NCBI GenBank assembly: GCA_002794465.1
Contig: MTSL01000150.1
Location: forward strand, 74,590-89,334
DNA length: 14,745 nucleotides
From: Paramicrosporidium saccamoebae KSL3
Lineage: Eukaryota > Fungi > Cryptomycota
Reading direction: 5' to 3'
Below are positions 7,506 to 14,745 of the stretch, one piece after another. Under the pieces are notes generated by a model. That model was not told the DNA's origin. It searched no databases and worked only from the letters and a program-made list of their open reading frames with translations. Each line of letters starts with the position of its first letter. Position 1 is the stretch's first letter. A program made the translations under genes and the position numbers.

Positions 7506-8767
7506 CTAGCGTACACTCACAATAATACTAAGAACAGCGCCGAGTAGGGCTAAAGCTAGTAATTCTACAGTGACACCAAGGCTCAACTGCCAAGGTATTA
7601 GCACCAGTGATCGATTTCGTGTTCTGCTGCAGACCATTTCAAGCTGACTCAGTAATGCAAGCATCTGGCCAGACGTAGGATCCTCTAACTTTACATGTCT
7701 CCTTATTTTGTGCAGCGAATTATGTAGCATTGATTGATAGTCGCACAATCCGTGTAAATCTCGGCATATTGTCGCCAAGCTATTAATCTTGATACTCTGA
7801 TCCTGTCTTGAACGACTCTCGTAATGCTCTACCAACATCTCAATTGCATAAATCTAAACATGTCCACAAGACGGAGCAAAGACCTTACCTGTGGGATGGC
7901 GAGCAGGCGAAAGACGAGTGGACTCTCCAGTCTTGACAACAAGTGAAAGATATCTGGAATATGTCGCATAGCATCAAGTATCATATGGTTGACGAAAAAT
8001 CTCGTCGCAATGCCCTTGTCTGGGTTTAACAATTCGGCCAGCTCTCCCTCGCAGTAAATCTCCCAATATTCGCGAGGTAATGGCGACCGATTCGGATTTG
8101 CAACAGTAGTGAATTCTGCAATTACGCGGGTTTTTGCAAGTAAGAGACCGGCAGAGTTGCAAAGATGCACTTCATTGGCAAGATATGGATATTCCAGACG
8201 ACCTGCAGCTGCCACCATTTTCATAAGCACAATCCAGTGTAGTCCCCCATGAAAGTGGCAATACAAGTTGTACTCGGCGGCAGTTCTCAATGAGAACCTC
8301 TTTAGTAAGTCAGCAAGGCCTTCAGCCGTCCGAGCGACCCCCTCTAGAATAATGGCTTGGAGATGCGATTCTATGCACTGGAATTCAGATAACAGGAGAT
8401 CAAAGTGCCACATGGCCTCTCCCATTAGTTCCAGCTCGCATGAATTTTTGCCATAAAAGCTATTAGGATCTTGCAGATATCTTGGAAACTCTGAAAAAAC
8501 CTTGCCTTTAGCGTCCAGTGTCATCGTTTCATCGTTTTGAGTAGCAGAGAGGCAGTGAACAAGTAGCAAATAGGTGCAAATTGAAGAGCGGACACTAGGC
8601 GGCATCTGATCCACAGCCAGAGCAATGATGGGCTCCACGTCGCACAATAACAGAAAACACTGCAATTGGACCACACTTTTGTGGTGATCACACTCCTTAG
8701 CATTACCGAGCTGTCTACGGTACCAAGCGAGGTCCAGACATGCGTCAATTATTCTTGCAAGACCCAT
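7506..8767 (-). CDS. Squalene synthase (ERG9/FDFT1)-like protein lacking catalytic motifs, about 408 aa, 2 exons, C-terminal membrane anchor
   Basis: Exons 8767-7889 and 7853-7506; 35-nt intron 7888-7854 (GTAAGG..TTTAG) gives AIPQ-IYAIEMLVEHY, matching SQS AIPQVMAIATL. Other SQS landmarks are YCHF.GGL, NSAGLLLAKT, PREYWEIY, HIPDIFHLLSRL and a hydrophobic C-terminal tail. Both Asp-rich motifs are absent. Confidence 0.85.
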
Positions 8768-8820
8768 GACAACAACTCACTTCCAAAACGGGCAATTTAT
8801 TCATCTTTGAGTTATAGGGT

Positions 8821-10116
8821 TTATGTTTCGCAAGGCGAACAAAAGTTTAGACCCCAAGGAAAATAGCAGTGATCGTCTACCGAGTATCCTAAATGCGCGG
8901 CAGCACACCTTGGATCTTCTCCCGAGCTGGGATCACAAGCATAAGCAGAGCTGGTCTTTTTTGAACCGGGCGGAATGAAAATCTCCTGTGCGGATTGATG
9001 GTATTCTAGAAAGTAGGGAGGGACATGCGGCACAATATCATTTCCATTTGTTACACGTAATCGGTCAAGGGGATCTGGAAAATGCTTCTCAACTAACCGT
9101 GCAAAGTCGTCATTTCCCACTCTAGGAGCCCCATAGGACGATAACTTTACCTTTTTCGCAAATGACAAGCTTTCGTTGAGTTCCATGGCACATATTGTAG
9201 CCAAGGCTCCGCCGAGTGAATGTCCTACAACATGTACAACAAAGTCGGGATGCTCGCCCAGAAGGGAGGTGACATGCATGATTACCTCTTCACTCACCGA
9301 CTCATAGGCTAGTAAAAATCCTTCGTGAACTTTTGGCTGCCGAAGTCCAAAGCATGATCGACGCCATGGGATCACTGTCATCACTGCGTACAAATTGTAG
9401 AGCCAATTGATTAGAGTATAGCTGCCGCGGAATGAAATGTAGATTTCTCGCCTTTTCAAATTCACTCCCATGAATCCCGCTATTTGTGTCTCGGGATTAT
9501 AAAAGTACTTTGATACTTTTATCCCGTTCGCCCCTAACCATTAGTGCTACACTCTGACTGCACCTCGACAACGCGATCCACATGTCCAATCCAATACCTT
9601 TGCCTTGTCGCAATAAGCCACACCCGCCACGTAGCCACGGTACATTAGTTCTTGCTTAAGCTCCTCGGATATTTCAGGCGGGCGAGCCTTGTATATTGAC
9701 TCCATCTTGAAGTGCTCTGGACGATCCAAAGCAATTGGAAGTGTCTTGAGAATCTCCAATTCGTCAGGCTGGAGAGTGCTTCGAATTTTCAACCCCACAT
9801 GAATCCTTACTGGATCGTTGGATGTAGACTTTTCCACTGATTCGTCTGACTTGTTGATAGAGCCCACATCTTGAAAAGGCGTGCTGACAAGAGTCATGTT
9901 AGTCTTTGGGATAGATGTGTCGATAGGAGCCGTGTTAATCTCTAACTCGCGCGGATTAGTCTCTGGGTCAAACGGGCTAGCCACTGGATCATCACCAAAC
10001 GAGTCAATTTCTGGACTGGGCGACGTAGTGCCCTCAATCTTTCCTTGCATTCCTTCTAAAGGGAATGATCGAAGACTTGCAGTAAACAACGTAATGGCTA
10101 GCAGTAGAACGCGCAT
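8821..10116 (-). CDS. Secreted class-3 (fungal-type) triacylglycerol lipase, about 421 aa, 2 exons
   Basis: Exons 10116-9564 and 9533-8821; 30-nt intron 9563-9534 (GTGCAG..CACTAATGGTTAG) gives CRGANGIKVSKYF. Signal peptide MRVLLLAITLFTASLRS, with an alternative in-frame ATG at 10140. Motifs: ISFRGS, VHEGF, VVGHSLGGALA, GAPRVGN, DIVPHVPP and DDHCYF, so the Ser-Asp-His triad appears complete. Confidence 0.92.
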
Positions 10117-10469
10117 TTTCACTGCTTGTCCGATAGCCATCGGGTATGATTAGGCGGATCATTTGTTTGTGCCCGCCAACTCTGCCGTGACTGTCCAATG
10201 AGTGGTGGCACGTTAATCTATTGATCCCAGCTTTATGTAACATGGCGCTCTTGTCGATGAGCTTTTTATAAGAACATGTATTGCGTCCGCTACACCATTT
10301 AAGATTGGGCATCGGCTTACTGCTGTTATGATGGGCGTTGGCCAATAAAAATAAAGCCATTGTTTTCGAATATTTTGAGCAATTCGGCCGGGAGTGTCAT
10401 GGTAACGGCAAATCCTGATGAGTATACAATCAATAGCCACCAACCAAGATCCAGAACCGCTTAAGGAGG

Positions 10470-12566
10470 ATGAGTATGGGGATTCCGACGAGGCACCGAG
10501 CGAATAGGGTGCTCCTCCATTTATGGATGCTTGTTGCCTGCCTCTTGCGGCCGATTAACGGACATGTCTCAGCGGGAGAGACTCTCCAGGGCGAGGACAT
10601 GGTGCCTTCCAAAGAGCAACTTGACACACAGTTTGTGGGTATTCCGGGAATTGCTCTGAGTGGTGATCCCGGCCTGGAAGCTGATCTCCTTGTCAATGAT
10701 GCTCTGGAAAAAGTCGCCGAAGATGTCACAGAAAAGATTCGAGAAATGGAACCAGTCATGGGGTCAGAAGAGGAGAAGACTGAAGTAAAGGTTCCTGAAG
10801 AAGTCCTTAATGACGCAAAAGAAGAACCTGAAAAGATCCGCTCAGCTGCTAAAGAGACTACTGATAGTGTGCAGCCCGTCCAACTGGTAAAAGAGAACAC
10901 GACGGACAATGAAGAAAATGCACAGACTTCTCAAGACAAATCGGAAGAGGTTGTTGCCAAGGATACTCAAGAAGTAGATTCGGAACATCAGGTCATTGCA
11001 GGATCGATTGAGGAGCACATTGCCAAAAAAATTGAAGACGAGCTGGCACCTGAAGAACCTATTGCTCTAGTCGAGAAGCAAGAAGAGGAACCAGCCCCCA
11101 GTGCAAGTGGTGAGACAATGCTAACTGGAATTTCCACCACCGTCATCAGCACTTCTGGGACAACGACGACATCAATCGCAACGGTCACTTTTGATCCATC
11201 GTTCACAAGAATCCGCCGCTGCATTTATGGCTGTCGCACTCTGACTGTCGAGTCTGGGTCCGCCAAAGCTGGGTTGGCTGTAGTTGCCTTGCCGGTTACG
11301 TTGCCATGTTCGCTAGTCAATTGTCCGCCGTGTGGGTGCACCACAAGCTTTGTCCACATCATTGGATGTCCAATAATTCAGACTGTAACCCCTCCAGATT
11401 CCTATGTCACGGTCACCAATGACGCCACTATCACCTATATCACAGTCACAACGACAATTTCTTCCTGTACAGCCACCACATGCTTGACACCCATCACTGT
11501 GACCGTAACTACTGGTCCTTCTGGGATAACCACCATTACGCAATACTCTACATTCGACCTAGCCACCACCATCATACAATTCTCGACTGAGAGGGCATAT
11601 TGCACTCCGACACCGATTATTCCGGATTGTCAATGTCCAGCTGGCTACGATTGGGATGGGCAATCAGATCCACCACCGGATCCCTGTGCCGGATCAATTA
11701 TTCCTCCAGATTGTCCTTGTCAGCCACAGCAGGAGGAGGAAGATTGTGGTTGCGATCAGGAAGGTGATTGTGACGATTGTGATGATGAGCACCCACAGGG
11801 CGTCGTACTCGTACCAGTGCAAGGCGGTTGTCCTGGTGGCCATTGTCCCTGGTACAACTTTAAGGCAGAGGCTGGTAAGGACGACAAGAAGATTTCCGAT
11901 TCCAAAGATGCCAATAATGCTGTCAATGCCAAAGATGGAAAGGGCACTGTAGGTTCTAAAGAGGGACAAGTGGATGCTAAGGAAAAGAAGGCAGTGGGCG
12001 CTGATGGAAGAATGTCGGCGGACGGAAAGAGAGTCAAGAAAAAGTGCAAGAAATGTCACCCGAACAAGCCCAAGAAGGGGTGCAGACCAGCTCCCATGGG
12101 CGGTGCTTGTCCGACTGGCAACCATCCGGCCCGTACTGGTGCTACTTCCACCATCACCGGTTCAATCTGCACCACGTTTGTTGTTTGCAATCCTTCCCAG
12201 TTTAACTGTCCTGCCCAAATTACTGGCGGCGCACAGCTCCCCGCCTTTATGGAATCTTGGGGATTAGCTCCCAACAAAATTCCAGGCGGCTTCCCCTATG
12301 CCTATCTAGCTGGTGGAATGCCACAACCTGGTATGGAATATCTCGGATACGACGGAAACATGCACGGGATTGGGGCGGGATATGCTCCATTGAGGAATGC
12401 AACTGAGCCGACGTCCATCTCAACGACAGCATCCGCCTCAACCACGACAAAGAAGAAGGATGTAAGAATGGAAGCAGCCTCAAAGAACTCTGCTATAACC
12501 CTTGCCGGATCAACAATCCTCTCCATGGTTATCGCAGTATGGGTTGTCCTCTCGTCCTGGGTTTGA
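10470..12566 (+). CDS. Orphan secreted, putatively GPI-anchored or C-terminally anchored Cys/Thr-rich surface protein, 698 aa
   Basis: Uninterrupted 2097-nt ORF. It has an N-terminal hydrophobic signal (VLLHLWMLVACLL), an acidic domain, Thr-rich and Cys-rich segments and a Ser/Thr stalk. It ends in SKNSA plus a hydrophobic tail with no cytoplasmic domain. Confidence 0.8.
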   Translation: MSMGIPTRHRANRVLLHLWMLVACLLRPINGHVSAGETLQGEDMVPSKEQLDTQFVGIPGIALSGDPGLEADLLVNDALEKVAEDVTEKIREMEPVMGSEEEKTEVKVPEEVLNDAKEEPEKIRSAAKETTDSVQPVQLVKENTTDNEENAQTSQDKSEEVVAKDTQEVDSEHQVIAGSIEEHIAKKIEDELAPEEPIALVEKQEEEPAPSASGETMLTGISTTVISTSGTTTTSIATVTFDPSFTRIRRCIYGCRTLTVESGSAKAGLAVVALPVTLPCSLVNCPPCGCTTSFVHIIGCPIIQTVTPPDSYVTVTNDATITYITVTTTISSCTATTCLTPITVTVTTGPSGITTITQYSTFDLATTIIQFSTERAYCTPTPIIPDCQCPAGYDWDGQSDPPPDPCAGSIIPPDCPCQPQQEEEDCGCDQEGDCDDCDDEHPQGVVLVPVQGGCPGGHCPWYNFKAEAGKDDKKISDSKDANNAVNAKDGKGTVGSKEGQVDAKEKKAVGADGRMSADGKRVKKKCKKCHPNKPKKGCRPAPMGGACPTGNHPARTGATSTITGSICTTFVVCNPSQFNCPAQITGGAQLPAFMESWGLAPNKIPGGFPYAYLAGGMPQPGMEYLGYDGNMHGIGAGYAPLRNATEPTSISTTASASTTTKKKDVRMEAASKNSAITLAGSTILSMVIAVWVVLSSWV

Positions 12567-12646
12567 ACAGAATGAATTTGGGTAAAGCGCAGAATATCAT
12601 CGATCTATTAATAGAAGTGCTTAAATGATTCGTTTATACACTGGCA

Positions 12647-13438
12647 TCATAGTTCAAAGCCTTTAAAAAAGCATGGGAACCAATATTGCGTGGTATCCAT
12701 TTGCTTGTCTATCCACGCGAGGCCATCACTCAATAAAGCCTCAATCGCCCTCTCAAATCGTTCCCGTTGCCAGCCAAGCGTTTCATAGCAATCTTGTGAG
12801 ACAAATCCACTACTTTCTCCCACAGAGAGTAGCTTGGTGCCATCGGGCGACAATTCCAGCGGGACTGATTGCAGGGCCTTACGAGTACCCAGATCTATTA
12901 TCGCGTAGCCCGAGCCCAGGGGCCTCAATGTAGCCACCGCTCTCGAAATATCATCACTAAAGTCAAATATCAAGTAGAATGAGGTACTCTGAGACTTCAG
13001 CCGCAGTCCTCGTCCGAAAACGGGCGACCCGTTTCTTGAGAATGTCAAGATCCGTAAGACCTCCAGTCTGCTCTTGCACTACAAGACAACTCTCCACTAT
13101 TTGAATCCCGAGCTCATAATAAAAGTCGCCAACACCGAGCATATCAGCCCAAAACCCTTTGCTCGAGACGAGCGGGTCAACACCAATGGAGCTGCACATT
13201 TTCTGAAAGTGGCCACGAAGCATTGGGTTCTTTTTAATGTCTTTTTGGTGTTTATGAGCAAACTCTTCAAGACTCTTCTTGAAAACTTCCAACTGGCTCT
13301 TCAACTGCTCAATTTGGGTGGAGGCCACTGCCTGTCCAATCTCTTTAAAGGTATCCTGACATTATACAGTTTTGCCAGTGATAGTACCCTCGCTGCGGCT
13401 TGCTTTTGGAGACCTCCAATTCCCACACCTCTTCTCAT
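12647..13438 (-). CDS. SNF8: ESCRT-II subunit Snf8/Vps22/EAP30, about 242 aa, 3 exons
   Basis: Exons 13438-13388, 13355-12988 and 12956-12647; introns 13387-13356 (32 nt) and 12987-12957 (31 nt). Motifs MRRGVGIGGL, FQKMCSSIGVDPLVSSKGFW, GVGDFYYELGIQIVE and GLAWID..YWFP are present. Confidence 0.95.
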
Positions 13439-13522
13439 CCCTCCAATCAGCAAGGACCTCCTAATTCGGTCATATTTGGAAATTCGCTCTCCAAATCTGG
13501 CTTGCGTTGGGAATCCCACGCA

Positions 13523-14595
13523 ATGTCCAGTGCAGATGATCACTCACGGGCGGGGTTATGGATATTTTTTTACTTTGCCGCCAATCTCCTTTTGACATTG
13601 CATAACAAATGGGTGCTTTCTTCGCTTCACTTTAATTTTCCGTGGACTCTGACGGCGTTGCACATTTCTGTCTCTGGCATTGGCTCCTATCTTTTGCTAG
13701 TGTTTCTCTACCGGATTCAACCAAGTGAACTGGACCACAAGGCGTGGACTAAGCTATTGCTATTCAGTGCCCTTTACGCTGCCAACATTGCGATCAGCAA
13801 TGTAAGTTTGGCCTACGTGTCTCTTGCATTTCACCAGCTTATACGTTCAGCAACTCCGGCATTCACAGTCTTGTTGGAACTCGTCCTGTTCAGAAAAACA
13901 CGTACCCTTCGAATCTACTGTGCTCTACTGCCAGTCGTGTTGGGGATCTGCATGGCCACAGTTGACGAGTTTTCAGATATTTCGTTCACCGTCACAGGTC
14001 TCTGTCTGACTCTGCTTGGGGTGATATTGTCCTGTGTAAAGGGAATTATAACAAACGTCCTTATGGTTGGCCCACTCCGTCTCCATCCACTCGATCTGAT
14101 TTGGCGCATGGCGCTACCTTCCGTCCTGCAGTGTCTTGTATATGGGTCCATTTTTGGCGAGCTGCAGGCACTTCCGAGATTTTTCAAAGCCGTTGACGTT
14201 GGTGGAACGACGATGAATACGGCGGTCGCCGACAAACTGCTGATCAACGGTCTGCTGGCCTTGTGGCTGAACTGGGTTAGTTTCACTGCCAACAAGAAGA
14301 CCTCTGCCCTTACCATGACCGTTGCAGGCAACATAAAGCAAGCGCTCTCTGTTGTGTTGGCCATATACATTTTTGACTCGCGCATCACCTCTTTGAACTT
14401 TGTCGGGGTTGTGATTGCTCTTTCTGGTGGTACTTGGTACAGGTATGTCCGTGTTTTGGACTAATACTATAACCTTTTAGTTACGAGTCCTTCCGCGAAC
14501 AACAGAGAACCATCCGTGACAAGAGCAGCAACGATCAACCGCACTCAAACTTGGGCTTAAATTCATATTCGATTGTCCGTAATCAAAGCGTATAA
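13523..14595 (+). CDS. Triose-phosphate/nucleotide-sugar transporter family (TPT, SLC35E-like) membrane protein, about 344 aa, 2 exons
   Basis: Exons 13523-14442 and 14481-14595; 38-nt intron 14443-14480 (GTATGT..ACTAAT..TTTTAG) gives WYSYESFREQQ. Motifs NKWVL..FNFPWTLTALH, SNVSLAYVSLAFHQLIRSATPAFT and TSALTMTVAGNIKQ are present, with about 10 hydrophobic segments. Confidence 0.88.
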
Positions 14596-14663
14596 ACTGC
14601 ACCCAAATCACCAATGAGTGTGTATTGTTGTTAGATTTTTAAGAGTACATGTCTACGGTCCAT

Positions 14664-14745
14664 ATGAGGGGAGAATATACCTACGTTAAAATTTAGATGG
14701 GGGGGGGAAATATCTCTACATTACAGCCCAGATGAGGGGGGGGGG
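14664..14745. repeat. Degenerate G-tract tandem repeat (33-35 bp period) running off the window end
   Basis: ATG[A/G]GGGG units start at 14664, 14697 and 14732. The first two are followed by related AATAT..CTAC.TTA sequence. G runs are 4, 9 and at least 10 nt. Confidence 0.5.

Noticed and set aside
7506-8767. Calling this gene NDUFAF6 or a functional ERG9
   Set aside because: AIPQ, YCH, the overall length and the C-terminal anchor follow eukaryotic squalene synthase rather than NDUFAF6, and the missing Asp motifs argue against a functional ERG9 label.
11628-11660. EGF-like or chitin-binding domain call from CQCPAGYDW
   Set aside because: Only a short motif matches. The surrounding Cys spacing does not fit a full EGF or peritrophin-A domain by eye.
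10430-12526. Multiple antisense and alternative-frame ORFs over the 698-aa gene (and similar short ORFs over other genes)
   Set aside because: These are shadow ORFs expected from biased codon composition, with no motifs.
198-13438. Split ORFs as frameshifted pseudogenes or as evidence of an alternative genetic code
   Set aside because: Every break is explained by a GT-AG intron that restores the reading frame under the standard code.

Overview
This is a very compact eukaryotic window, most consistent with an early-diverging fungal relative such as Rozellomycota/Cryptomycota (inferred from gene content and architecture). It is not prokaryotic. Many ORFs in the supplied track are exons. Twelve tiny GT-AG introns (24-38 nt) join them in frame into 12 complete genes: ATRIP/Rad26-like, NDUFB7, PIC2-type mitochondrial phosphate carrier, ATP3, OPA3-like, WBP11-like, RRP42, a squalene-synthase homolog, a secreted class-3 lipase, an orphan 698-aa Cys/Thr-rich putative GPI-anchored protein, SNF8/VPS22 and a TPT-family transporter. 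Most notable: (1) the squalene-synthase homolog has an intact ORF, intron and membrane anchor but has lost both Asp-rich catalytic motifs, so it is a candidate pseudoenzyme; (2) the modular orphan surface protein sits head-to-head with the secreted lipase; (3) ten of the twelve genes form five head-to-head pairs whose members share a cellular compartment; (4) a two-type minisatellite fills part of the only large convergent gap. All family calls come from motifs I recognise from memory; no database search was run.
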